Positions 23,467 through 34,458 of a DNA stretch of 64,000 nt are shown one piece after another. The notes beneath the pieces were generated by a model. That model saw only the letters and a list, made by a program, of their open reading frames with translations. It was not told the DNA's origin and made no database searches. The position numbers were made by a program, and so were the translations under genes. This DNA comes from Plasmodiophora brassicae. Taxonomy: Eukaryota. The number at the start of each line of letters is the position of its first letter. Position 1 is the first letter of the stretch. The stretch is from assembly GCA_036867785.1 (NCBI GenBank), contig CP145412.1, positions 372,001 to 436,000 of the forward strand, written 5' to 3'.

Positions 23467-24571
23467 GCCGATTCGCCATGTACATTCCATAGATGCTCGA
23501 TGATATCTTCTCGAAGCGCGAAGTACGCTGCCGCGTCGCGTATCTCCATCGAACCTTGCAGCAAAGACTCGAACGTCATGGCAAATTTAAGGCGATCCTC
23601 GATGTCAGGGCGCACGAACTTAAACTCCCCATCGAAGATGTCGTCCAGCTCGTATTCGTCTGCATCGCGTTCATCCTCGATGATCATGTTGTGCAGTATA
23701 ACGCACGCCAGGACCATGGTGATAATCGTATCGACATCGAACAAACGACAAGGATTACTCAGCATCGCGAAACGCCCCTTAAGCACACCGAACGCACGTT
23801 CAACATCTTTGCGAATGGCCTCATGCCATGCGGCGTAGAGTTTGCGCTTCAGGCCCTGAGGTTGTTGAATCGATTGAAGGAAGCACTTCCAGCGCGGGTA
23901 AATGCCGTCCACGAGGAAGTAGGCCATGCTATGCTCGCGCCCATTAGCACGAAAATCGCAATGCGGACCGACGCCCTGCAGCAGGTCGTTGACAAGTGGC
24001 GATCGATCAACAACGTTGATGTCGTTGTTAGCCCCAGGCAAGCCAACATAAGCGTGCCAGATCCACAGATCCATGGTAGCTATGGCCTCCATGATGACCG
24101 AGAACTGGCCATCCTTGTCCAGATACTGCCCTTGCCACGCCACTGGACATTTGTCCCACTTAAAGTGAGTACAGTCCAGGGAACCGAACATTCCCGGAAA
24201 GCCTCTCGCTGCATTAATTCGCAGTTGACGATCCACATCTGCAGGTGTCGGCTTGCAAAGGTACTCGGCTGCGAACAGGCGGACAATAGCTGAATTGAAC
24301 CTCTGCAGGAAGCGATCAGTTCCAGCAGCTAGGACGAGCTACGGGATTACTTTGAAAGATTCTAGAGCTGTGCTCTCCCCGATCTTGATATACCGTAAAC
24401 TTCGATGCGCTGTACCCAGCAATGTCAAAAAAAATTGTGCAGTGATGTAAGGTTTTGTTTAATTTTTTGCCCGAACATGCGGCGTTTTTTTGGGTGGGGT
24501 GCGAGCTGCAGACTTCCGAGCCGGGCGGAACATTTAAACCATTGCCGCCTCAGGCGTTCGCATCGACCGCG

Positions 24572-25858
24572 ATGCACTCCCGCCAGTCCATAACGAACGC
24601 CGACAAGCTGGCCATTTTGATGTGCTGGCGCCGCGCATCAGTACAAGGTACATCGTTGCATAACTTCGCCGATGCCAATGGCGTTGCACCCAGTCAAATC
24701 CGACGGTGGAAGAAACTGGAGACGCGCCTAAGTCAATCGCGCCCCGATGCAACAACGATTTCTCGTGGTCGGGCGCCTACGTTCACAGAGCAAGAAGAAG
24801 ACGATCTGCTTCGGTGGATCTTTGATAGACGGGACGCAGGGATAGGTACTACCTTCAACTACGCCCGCATTTCGTTGTAGTGGAACTCATAGAACCTTCG
24901 TCTAGGAATATCGTTAAATAGCCTCAAACAGTATGCTTGTGAAATGTTTTCGGGGCTTAAGGAAAAGTCTACTAGCGCCAAGGAGTCGACGCTAAGGCGT
25001 TTCTTAAAAAGGCATCGTCTAACGACGCGTGTATGCACGCACTCCTCGTCTGTCGGGCCAGAGCAAGAACGGCGTCTGGCGGGAACCTTCATGGCTTCCA
25101 TCGTACCGCGTATTGCCAGCCTCGACAAGAGGCTGATCATCAATATGGATGAGACGGCAGTCTTCTTTGACATGTCTCGAAACCGGACGATCGATCGTGT
25201 CGGCGCGAGGCATGTCAACATGCGCAAGACATCGTCGTCGACGCTCAGGGTCACTGTAGCAGTAGCCGTTACTGCCAGTGGTTCGATTCTTCGGCCTATG
25301 ATCATTTTCAAAGGTCAGCCTCAGGGCCGCATCGCGACACGCGAGCTGCCGGAATATCCGCCTGGCAGCGAATACGCGTGCCAGCCGCACGCTTGGATGG
25401 ATGGCGCTACTATGCAACAATGGGTTAAGAAGGTATCGCCTTCAGTATGGCACGATCATTGAACTAACAGAGTTTAACAGTGTCTACAACCGTACATTGC
25501 GAGTGTGCCTGTTGAGGCTCAAAGTCCTGTATTGCTTCTGGATTCTTTCCGATGCCACGTTATGGCACCAGTGCTGTTGAGCATCAACAGTATTGGCGTC
25601 CAGGTGGAGCATGTTCCCAGCCATTGCACCGCACTCGTTCAGCCGATCGACGTGGGTGTCAACCGATCATTTAAGTCACGAATCCGGGATCAATGGGAGC
25701 ATTGGTTACTGGAAAAGCCCATCGGTGACCCGTTGGATCCACCAACACGTCCTCAAGTGGCATCGTGGATAATCCGATCGTTGCAAGAGCTATCGCCTGA
25801 TGTGATCCGGAGGTCATGGCGTAGCCATGATTTTCCCTACTTTACAGATACCGAATAA
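24572..25858 (+). CDS. pogo transposase (CENP-B-type HTH + DD35D); exons 24572-24845, 24906-25432, 25481-25858
   Basis: NMDET, LLLDSFRCH, VQPIDVGVN; two GT-AG introns give a continuous frame. Confidence 0.88.
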
Positions 25859-25871
25859 ACAATAGATGGCG

Positions 25872-26274
25872 TTACAGCAGGATACAACGTGCCATGCCGC
25901 CATGGCGATGCGACCGTCGACGGTCGTACACATTGTCAGAGCGAGAGTACAATTCGACAACTCTTGCAAGTCGGTTGTCGAATCGGTTGGCTCTCGCAAT
26001 GTAATGACGGGGCAGGAATCCCACCAAACATTGATCAGAACCGTTCCTCACACGATAAACGGCAATTGCCGTCTCGATGTTGCCCGCATCTGGGGATATC
26101 ATTGTCGTTAAATCGTCGACGAATTAGGGATGACTTACCATTAATGATTTGAACAATACGCAACCGGACAATGCTGTCTGGTTCCAGGACAGACCCGCAC
26201 ACGGTGTGCTCTTGACAGCAGCGTCCACGGTTGCCGATCTCGATCCCTACAATCTCAACATGGACGGACGACAT
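25872..26274 (-). CDS. 117-aa Cys/His-containing passenger protein in the pogo element; exons 26274-26139 and 26089-25872
   Basis: 49-nt GTAAGT...CAG intron; exons 136+218 = 354 nt, in frame: MSSVHVEIVGIEIGNRGRCCQEHTVCG...ETAIAVYRVRNGSDQCLVGFLPRH... Confidence 0.75.
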
Positions 26275-27173
26275 CGCCGGTCAGCTGTCGGATCGGGACC
26301 ATGCTGTGGTTGCGACCTTGAAATTCGGGCCTGATATGATGTCGAGCTGACTGGCCCTCGTAGTCGGTGGTCGCAAAAAAGTTCGAAGCCTTTTTTTGGA
26401 CAGGGGGGCACAGGATGCGCTAGGCACAGCGCATCGAAGTTTACGGTATTCATCAAGCGCATCTGCTGGTAACCCGTAGCATAACATGCGATTTGCCGCT
26501 GTACATTTCTGTATAGTCGGCAGGCCCGGGACGCCCAAGGCATACACTTCTGAACGAAGTAGTCGTCCTCACGAAATACTTCTTGCATGAGCCGCTCGAA
26601 TAGTATCCGTCTGGAACAACCGATTAGGAAAATTACTTTGGAAATCGCTCACGGTTGCCAGTACCTCATGCGGAATCGGCGACGAAACATTCGGGCGTCG
26701 TATAGGGGAACCCGATCGAAGTAATCCATCTGGATTCTCTTATCTGCCGCGATACGATCACGTGGAAGGTTGGGACGCCGACCAGGGAGTGAGCCGCCAC
26801 GCTTTTTCTCCCTAGATATTTCCACTGGAAACTTAAAAGTGCCGAACTAGTAGAGTTATCCGTAAACCCCCTAAACTGACAGCGAGTCACAGTCTGTTCA
26901 CCACCAGAATGGGTGCGCGGCCTCGTCATGAGGTTCCAAATATAGACTGGCAGGCAAACTTTGAAAGGCCTCTGGGACGGTCCCCAAAAAGTTTTCAACT
27001 TCACTCTGAGTTGCAACAGTGGTCGTCATGGACACGTCATCGTCGTCTTCCAGCGAGAGCGAGGTCGGCGTTCAGGCGATTGCGGCACCAGTAGGCCATG
27101 GCCAGCCCGACCAGTCCGAATTCAAGCCGAAGGGAAAGAAGGTTCGCGAGTTCGTGTCCACTGAGCACATCTC

Positions 27174-30100
27174 TGTCAAACAACATGTCCAGTACAACCA
27201 GCAGCACATGCCTGCAGCACGCCGTCACGCACTCCGAAACTCCGCGCTCGCCGCCGTTGGCAGCCGTTACGTCGTCGGCGACTACGTCGTCGGCGACTAC
27301 GTCGCCACTGTAACGTCCACCGTGCCGTTGCGCAAACGCCGTACGTAATACACTTCACTTCGCTATTGTCTTCCTTAGATTAACAGTCGTAGGCGCAGGC
27401 GCTTTACCTCTACTGGTCATGGCCGAGCGCCAGGCGACGCCGACGCCGAACGCGGATGACGACCCGTTGAATCACCTGACGATCGACGAGATCGACATCT
27501 GTCTAGCCGAAGCGGAGGCAAAGGTCGCAAGGCAGGAGAAGATCGACCGTCTTCGAATCCTGCAGCAGCAGCTGGCGCGCCCGCCCAGCTGTCCACCGAT
27601 CCCGTCCGTGCCGATGGTCGCCGAGGCGCACACCCGAAGCGACGCAGGTCGGCTACCGCTGCCCAAGTTCGATGGAACGCCAGACTCGTTCACGTCCTGG
27701 ATTCAGACCGCGGCCCTCTGGCTCCGCAACCGTGGATACGCGAACGTCATCGGGATCAACGAAGATGGCTCGCCGACCGCTACAACCGGTACGACGGACG
27801 ACCCAGCTCTGGAGGCGGCCGCGCGCGAGATTCTACTCGTCCACATGCTGGATCACAAGATCGCGTCTGCGTTGTCCTTGTTTCAAGCAGGATCGGCTGC
27901 CAAGTGCTGGCGCGTGCTGTTCCAGGCGTACAGCCCGTCGTCGCTGGCATCGGTCGTGCGCGCCATCCGCGACCTCGTCACGATCCAGCACACGCCCGGC
28001 GAATCAGTCGCCACTTACGCGGCCAGAGTTCAAGCAGCAGCTCATCGCGTCCGCGCAACGGTACCGACCGAAATGCTGTCCCTTACTGACGCTCTGGTTG
28101 CCGTCCTCATTCTGGCCAATGCATCATCCGACCTGGACGCGGTCGTCGCCGGCCTGCACAACCGTGCACTGGACACGCTGCCCAGTGTCTCCGAGGTCGT
28201 TGCGTCACTGACGAGCGAAGAGATTCGCATCCGAGACGTGCGGGACCGACAAGAATCGTTCCAGACGGCCAACCGATCCAGCTGCAATACGTCGACACGT
28301 ACCCGTGGACCTCGACGTAACGAGTCCTGCGTCTTTCATCCGGGATCGAAGCATACGAATGGCGAATGCAGCCTGCAGCGGCACATCTGGCATCGAGACA
28401 ACAACAACAACAACAACAGCAATACATCGTCACCAACGTCCCACGAGTATCCATCGTCTGGCGCTCTCCCGACAGATCCGGCATCCGAGCCAACGCGTGC
28501 ATTGTCGGCACGCCACTCCATCGACGCGAGCGCGAGCTCAATGGGACTATTGGACTCGGCCTGTTCCACAACGATGACACCCCTGCGCCAGCATCTCAGC
28601 CGTTATCGACGCGTCTCTGGACCAGAAGTCGAACTAGCTGATTTGTCGCGAACGACTACGTCCGGTCGGGGCGTGATGTCATTCGGCAAGGATGCCCAGG
28701 CGATGAGTATCGACTCACTGCACGTCCCACGACTTGGTCAAGCGCTTGTTTCAGTCGGACAACTCACCCGATCAGGCCACAAGATCGTATTCGACGGCGC
28801 CACCGCGACCATCTACTCGAAGGACAGCTGGACGGCACCCACCGGGCAGCCAGTGGCGATCAGCACCCGTGGACAAGACAACCTGTACCGGATCGCACTA
28901 TCAGCTCCATCCACCAACAACACGCAACCGACTGTACCAGCCTGTTCCCTGATCGTATCCGACATCGCCTGTCGCGCCGCAAAGGTCACCGCTGCATCTC
29001 CCGATCTGTGGCACGCACGAACCGGCCATCTCGGCTATGGCAATCTGAACATCCTGCGGAACCGCTGTCGTGGCATGACATTCGACGGCCCCATTCCCAA
29101 GCGTTCGGACCGGTGCCCATGCGAAGCCTGCCTCCTCGTCAAAGGTAAGCGTTCCTCATTTCCTCCGAGTAAGTCGCGGGCACTTCGTGTCGGCGATCTC
29201 GTGCACAGCGACTTATCCGGTCGGTGGCCCGTTGTCGGCATTGGCGGCTTCGAGTACTACCAGACGATGCTGGACGACTCCACGCGCTACCTGACGGTCT
29301 ACCTGCTTCGCCGCAAATCGGACGCCCTCGATGTCATTAAGAACTACGACGCGCGCCTTCGCAATCAGGAAGGGCGAGGTATCGGGGACTTCCAGACCGA
29401 CGGTGGCGGCGAGTTCAACTCGAAGGCATGCGTCCTGTTCTACAGCACGTCCGGCATCCTGCACCGCAAGTCGGTCCCGTACACACCGGAACAGAACGGC
29501 CGCGCCGAGAGCGTCAATTACACGCTCTGTTGCATCGAGCTATCGATCCGGTGTCATGCCCACATGCCCGACTCCACGTGGCCCTGGTCGCTGTCCTACT
29601 CTGCCGTCCTGTACAACATCCACCCGAGATCCGTCCTTCCCGGACGTCGCACATCGTTCGAGGCAGCTCGTCGCGCCCGACCTGACGTCTCGGCCCTTCG
29701 TGTCTACGGTTGCGATGCCTATGCCATGCGACCACATCCCCCCACGAAGAAGCCGAGCAAGTTGGAGCCTCGTCGTTTTCGCGCTGTGTTCATCGGTTTC
29801 ACGCCCGGCATGAAGGCGTGGCGGTTCTACGACGTGGACCGCGAAGACACGTTCGAGAGCACGACTGCCGAATTCCTGGAGAACTCGTTCACATTCGGTT
29901 TTGGAAGATCGGCCTCGGCCAGTTCATCATCAGCGCCACCATCCAGTCCCGAGTCGAGCCCTGCGCCGAACGTTGACACGATCGTCCCGACGCCCATCTC
30001 TTCCGACGCCATCATGGCACCTCTACCATCGACGTTAGCATCCTCTATCGCAACAGCCCCTCCCGAGCCTCCTTCACTTCCCGCTGCGTCATCGCCTTCC

Positions 30101-32525
30101 GAGATCGTCCGACCGTCACGTTCACCGTCTCCTGACCCTGCGTCCCAGAACGCGGACGCCCGTGCGCCTGACGGCGCCTGCCACATTTCTCGGTCAGCCG
30201 ACGTTCTGAATGCCCGCATAGACGACGTATCCACCGACGAAGACGATGATGACGCTGAAGATGATCCCGACTACGAAGATTCGGCGTCCAGCAACGACTC
30301 TCCCAACGAAGCTGCCGATCCCGTCGTCCACGATAATGCCGCCGAAGCTGATGTTGATCCCAATGCCATCGAAGTGCCACGTCCCCGCCGATCGAGTCGT
30401 CGTCGTCAACCGCCGGGTGAATGGTGGAAGGCGCCGGAGGCGGCCAATCGTTCGTCAACACGGTGGTCCTCGACAGTCGACGCCTGGTTCCAGAGTCCGA
30501 CCCTAACGCCACCGACGCAGCGCCCTCCTCGTCAATCACGCCGACAAATCCGCCATTGGCAACAGGTCGAGGAGCGACGTCTGATCGATCAAGCCATACG
30601 GTCCAACCGCAATCCCGCTCGCGGCGCCGCCGCCAAGGCATGTCGTGCTAGAGTACCCGCGCCGATCGATCCAGCCCGTCTACCGCGACCGGACCTGTCG
30701 AGCCTTAAAGCGACCGACATCCCTGTACCCGACTCGATGGCCGAGGCATTGTCATCGCCGTTCGCCGGCCACTGGTGGGACGCCGCCGTCTCGCAGATGG
30801 GGACGCTCGATTCCAAGGACACATTCGGCCCGCTCGTTGATCTCCCCAAAGGTAAGATCGCTGTCGGGTCCAAGTGGGTGTTCCGGGTCAAGTCAGCGCT
30901 CAGTGGCGACGGTGGCATCCGTAAGTTCAGCGCTCGTCTCTGCGCTCAGGGCTTCCGACAGCGCCCCGGCATTGACTTTGACGACACATTCGCGCCGACA
31001 GCTCGCGCCACCGCATTCCTCATCATCCTTGCGCTCGCAGCCCAACACGGGCTGCATCTTCGACAGGTTGATTGGGTGGCCGCCTACCTCAACGCCGATA
31101 TGCTCCACGACGTCTACATGCGCCAGCCCGATGGGTTTACTGATAACAACGTCCCATATCGCGTTCGCCAACTACGCAAGGCCCTATACGGTACGAAGCA
31201 AGGTGCCGAACGGTGGTACAAGACGCTTCGCTCGATGCTGCTGTCCCTGGGCTTCGAACCGATCATCGCGGACCCGTGCGTCTTTCGATATGATCGCGAT
31301 GGCAAGTTCATGGTCATGTCGGTGCACACCGATGACGGCCTGCTGGCGTACAACGACGTCGATTTCGCAGAGGTCGTCCTCGAGAAGCTCGCCACGATGG
31401 CCGAGATCACGGATCAGGGCGAACCATCGACGCTGCTCGGCATGCGCATCCGTCGCGAACCTGCCACCGGCGCCATCATGCTCGACCAGGCCGAGTACAT
31501 CGACAAGGTGTTGAGCGACTTCAACATGTCACATTGTCACCCGGTCGACACGCCACATCAACCTGGCGTTCACCTGACGAAATCGATGAGTCCACAGACG
31601 GACATCGAACGGGACGAAATGACGAACAAGCCTTACCTGAAGCTGATCGGATGTCTGACATGGCTCGCCCATCGGTGCCGTCCCGACATCGCGTATATCA
31701 CCAACGTGCTGGCCCAGTTCTCGTCGAATCCTGGTATACAGCATTGGCGTGCGGGGCAACGCGTCCTCAAGTACCTCGCCGGCACGAAGACGCACGGCAT
31801 TCGATACGAACGGCAACTCGAGGATCGCCTGGTCGCTTACGCCGATGCCGACTGGGCCTCGGATCCGGACACGCGACGTTCCCGTTCCGGTCATATCATT
31901 CTGCTGGCCGGCGGTCCCGTGCACTGGCAGTCGCGACGCCAGGACCTAGGCGCCGTTAAGGTTAGTCTGTCGTCAACACACGCTGAGATCAAATCGCTCT
32001 GCGCTGTTACCCGTCAGCTGGCCTGGATCCGGTCGTTCCTGGCGGAGATCGGCTTCCCGCGTCCCGGCCCGACGATCGTACACGAAGACAACCAAGGCGC
32101 GAAGGCCTGGTCTGGCTACCGTCGGATGGACGATCGAACGAAGGATATCGAGGTCCAGTTCCACTACACCAGAGAGGCCGTCGAGGCCGGTCTGATTATG
32201 GTCCACAAGTGCCCGTCCGCCGAGATGGCGGCCGACTACCTGACGAAGCCCGCCCTCAGCACTTCTTATCACGCGAACCTGATCCTGGCCGGCATCATCG
32301 ACACCGGTACCAGGGCGTGTGCTGCTGGAGGGGGCGTGTCAAACAACATGTCCAGTACAACCAGCAGCACATGCCTGCAGCACGCCGTCACGCACTCCGA
32401 AACTCCGCGCTCGCCGCCGTTGGCAGCCGTTACGTCGTCGGCGACTACGTCGCCACTGTAACGTCCACCGTGCCGTTGCGCAAACGCCGTACGTAATACA
32501 CTTCACTTCGCTATTGTCTTCCTTA
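27174..32525 (+). mobile_element. Intact Ty1/Copia element C
   Basis: LTRs 27174-27377 (204 bp) and 32337-32525 (189 bp), differing by a 15-bp duplication; TG...TA ends; TSD ATCTC; PBS 27378-27391; PPT GGAGGGGGCG. Confidence 0.97.
27419..32461 (+). CDS. Copia C polyprotein gag-PR-INT-RT-RNaseH, 1680 aa
   Basis: Uninterrupted ORF in Copia domain order; LLDSAC, FQTDGGGEF, HTDD, YADADWA. Confidence 0.96.
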   Translation: MAERQATPTPNADDDPLNHLTIDEIDICLAEAEAKVARQEKIDRLRILQQQLARPPSCPPIPSVPMVAEAHTRSDAGRLPLPKFDGTPDSFTSWIQTAALWLRNRGYANVIGINEDGSPTATTGTTDDPALEAAAREILLVHMLDHKIASALSLFQAGSAAKCWRVLFQAYSPSSLASVVRAIRDLVTIQHTPGESVATYAARVQAAAHRVRATVPTEMLSLTDALVAVLILANASSDLDAVVAGLHNRALDTLPSVSEVVASLTSEEIRIRDVRDRQESFQTANRSSCNTSTRTRGPRRNESCVFHPGSKHTNGECSLQRHIWHRDNNNNNNSNTSSPTSHEYPSSGALPTDPASEPTRALSARHSIDASASSMGLLDSACSTTMTPLRQHLSRYRRVSGPEVELADLSRTTTSGRGVMSFGKDAQAMSIDSLHVPRLGQALVSVGQLTRSGHKIVFDGATATIYSKDSWTAPTGQPVAISTRGQDNLYRIALSAPSTNNTQPTVPACSLIVSDIACRAAKVTAASPDLWHARTGHLGYGNLNILRNRCRGMTFDGPIPKRSDRCPCEACLLVKGKRSSFPPSKSRALRVGDLVHSDLSGRWPVVGIGGFEYYQTMLDDSTRYLTVYLLRRKSDALDVIKNYDARLRNQEGRGIGDFQTDGGGEFNSKACVLFYSTSGILHRKSVPYTPEQNGRAESVNYTLCCIELSIRCHAHMPDSTWPWSLSYSAVLYNIHPRSVLPGRRTSFEAARRARPDVSALRVYGCDAYAMRPHPPTKKPSKLEPRRFRAVFIGFTPGMKAWRFYDVDREDTFESTTAEFLENSFTFGFGRSASASSSSAPPSSPESSPAPNVDTIVPTPISSDAIMAPLPSTLASSIATAPPEPPSLPAASSPSEIVRPSRSPSPDPASQNADARAPDGACHISRSADVLNARIDDVSTDEDDDDAEDDPDYEDSASSNDSPNEAADPVVHDNAAEADVDPNAIEVPRPRRSSRRRQPPGEWWKAPEAANRSSTRWSSTVDAWFQSPTLTPPTQRPPRQSRRQIRHWQQVEERRLIDQAIRSNRNPARGAAAKACRARVPAPIDPARLPRPDLSSLKATDIPVPDSMAEALSSPFAGHWWDAAVSQMGTLDSKDTFGPLVDLPKGKIAVGSKWVFRVKSALSGDGGIRKFSARLCAQGFRQRPGIDFDDTFAPTARATAFLIILALAAQHGLHLRQVDWVAAYLNADMLHDVYMRQPDGFTDNNVPYRVRQLRKALYGTKQGAERWYKTLRSMLLSLGFEPIIADPCVFRYDRDGKFMVMSVHTDDGLLAYNDVDFAEVVLEKLATMAEITDQGEPSTLLGMRIRREPATGAIMLDQAEYIDKVLSDFNMSHCHPVDTPHQPGVHLTKSMSPQTDIERDEMTNKPYLKLIGCLTWLAHRCRPDIAYITNVLAQFSSNPGIQHWRAGQRVLKYLAGTKTHGIRYERQLEDRLVAYADADWASDPDTRRSRSGHIILLAGGPVHWQSRRQDLGAVKVSLSSTHAEIKSLCAVTRQLAWIRSFLAEIGFPRPGPTIVHEDNQGAKAWSGYRRMDDRTKDIEVQFHYTREAVEAGLIMVHKCPSAEMAADYLTKPALSTSYHANLILAGIIDTGTRACAAGGGVSNNMSSTTSSTCLQHAVTHSETPRSPPLAAVTSSATTSPL

Positions 32526-33198
32526 ATCTCTGCGCTGGCTGACAGCTACTACTCGCACTTCGAGCATTACTGCGAGGGCCGCAAGAAGGTGGTGACGCAA
32601 GTGATTCCAGGAGCGGTTTGGAAACAGGTCAGGTTCACGATTTGGGCAACTCGTACTCCTGGTATTGATTTATGTTTCAAGGTCTACGCCGAGTACCGAC
32701 AAAAGTTCCCCGATTCGACGTTCTCCGAGGCGAACTTGAAGGTTCGCCTTCGCGACACGCTCCTGGAGCTCAAAACCGGTACCTCCAACATGGAAAACGT
32801 GCCGAAACGCGAGCTTCAAGCCAAGTCGGTGATTGAGCGACTTAAGACGCTCGATTCACACTGCAAGCGGAACGTCATCCAGTTGCGTGACTCAATCGTG
32901 CAGCGGAAGACCCCCGAAAAGAAGCCACGGGTTGAGTCGCCGTCTCCCCCTGACACGGCGGCTCCGAAGAACAAGGCGCAGGCTCTGTCCTGTCAGGCAA
33001 TGGCGTTCACGCAGATCGCGAAAGCGATGCACGATCGAGGTCGCCTAACCGAGTCCCGGATCAAGCAAACGGAGCTCTCAAATCTCAAGGAGCTCCGTGA
33101 TGCGGGCGTCATTTCGGACGAGGAGTTCAGGCAGAAGGCCCGCACCCTTATGGGGCTTTAAACATGGCGTGTATTTCGATAAAGGTTCTTCGCGCTTG

Positions 33199-34335
33199 TC
33201 AATAATCCCCATCCCATCCGTACAGGTCCTGGTGTGGTACGCGCTCGATGTCGAATGCCTCCATATCCATTCGACGTCTATGGATGAAATTGGTGAGCCC
33301 GCATCCACAGCGAAACATGATTGAGAACTTGGGCTTCCTTAGGTCGAACCCTTTCATGAGTCTCATCCATTTGCGTTTAACTCCTCCAATTCCCCACTCG
33401 ACACGTACGCGATACCCGCCGTGCATCTTGTTGAATGCGCGGAGGACGTCATTGTCAATTCCCTCTAGCTCCAGATCACGGGCACGCCCCATGACAAACA
33501 TCTCCATTCCAAGATATCCTGGGTCCCCGAGAAGGTACTCGAAGTATTGTTCATCATCATCATGTGTGAAGTGTTCACGCCAGTTCGTGGCAAGGTTTGA
33601 CTGCCGGAGACAGTTCACATCGTGGAACGATCCAGGGTAGCCGGGGTCCACGTAGCGAATTAAGCCGAAGTGGTCGATGACAACGGTATTGTTCATGGCG
33701 TACATCTTCTTCCGGCCATTGAACCAACGTCCGTGTTCTGGGTTGTTGTGAGGTCTGGGAATCCTGACCAGAGTTCCATCGATGTTCCCAATGCAGCCTG
33801 GCATTTCCGGTAACGTTCTACCCAGCATCTTCCGCTCGTGTTCGTCAGGCCAGTATATCTCCTGGTCCAGGATCGCCTCATTGATGCAGGTAGCAACGAA
33901 TATTGCGTCGTCACAATGGGATGACTTCGCGCAATTCCACTTCCCGCTGTCGTAGACAAAGTTGTTGTCGTGCTTGAAGTGTAGAATGAAACTGAGAAGC
34001 CGCTGTTCAGGACTGAGCTTGGGTGGTCGACCACCAGCACCTCGAATCTCGCCCGTACTACGAGCATAGAGCTCAATTACTGGACACACAAGCGAGCACA
34101 ACTCCTCGAATTCGCTTGCGGTGAAGTTCGTTGTCGCCCTAAATAACGATGGCCGTCGTAGAAGATATGCGAGCTCATCGCGAACGCCAATGTCTGGGTC
34201 AACATACACCTGGTTATTAACGTTGTCGTCAAGTTCGTAGGGGTTGAAGAACTCATCCGTGTTGCCAATAGCCGCCATACAGCACCACGCCACCGCGTCA
34301 ATCTCAAAGGAGTCATCGCTATCGTCAGAATGCAT
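33199..34335 (-). CDS. HARBI1-like Harbinger DDE transposase, apparently intact
   Basis: CIGNIDGTLV, GSFHD, LLGDPGY, RVRVEWGIGGVK; likely ATG 34335 (MHSDDSDD). Confidence 0.88.
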   Translation of the reverse strand: MHSDDSDDSFEIDAVAWCCMAAIGNTDEFFNPYELDDNVNNQVYVDPDIGVRDELAYLLRRPSLFRATTNFTASEFEELCSLVCPVIELYARSTGEIRGAGGRPPKLSPEQRLLSFILHFKHDNNFVYDSGKWNCAKSSHCDDAIFVATCINEAILDQEIYWPDEHERKMLGRTLPEMPGCIGNIDGTLVRIPRPHNNPEHGRWFNGRKKMYAMNNTVVIDHFGLIRYVDPGYPGSFHDVNCLRQSNLATNWREHFTHDDDEQYFEYLLGDPGYLGMEMFVMGRARDLELEGIDNDVLRAFNKMHGGYRVRVEWGIGGVKRKWMRLMKGFDLRKPKFSIMFRCGCGLTNFIHRRRMDMEAFDIERVPHQDLYGWDGDY

Positions 34336-34359
34336 AGAGGTCGATAGACAGATCGAGAT

Positions 34360-34458
34360 CCAAGACAGCCTTCTAAGAAGATTCTGGCGTAGCCGAGCAG
34401 GAGGCCCCAAGACAGCCTTCTAAGAAGATTCTGGCGTAGCCGCGCGCGCAGGAGGCCC
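34360..34458 (+). repeat. ~47-bp tandem duplication upstream of the HARBI1-like gene
   Basis: CCAAGACAGCCTTCTAAGAAGATTCTGGCGTAGCCG...CAGGAGGCCC occurs twice. Confidence 0.85.

Larger units (their letters stand above)
24393..26446 (+). mobile_element. pogo-type Tc1/mariner transposon with two convergent genes
   Basis: 21-bp perfect TIR CCGTAAACTTCGATGCGCTGT; TA TSD at both ends. Confidence 0.95.
27028..33161 (+). pseudogene. Partner ORF of a second Harbinger-like unit (possible trihelix/Myb-like N-terminus, SHOCT-like C-terminus), split by Copia C
   Basis: Removing 27174-32530 gives ...STEHISALADSYY...; probable intron 32628-32681; ends LKELRDAGVISDEEFRQKARTLMGL. Confidence 0.7.

Noticed and set aside
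32319-33161. 280-aa ORF as a gene starting in the Copia C LTR
   Set aside because: The true N-terminus is at 27028-27173, on the other side of the insertion.
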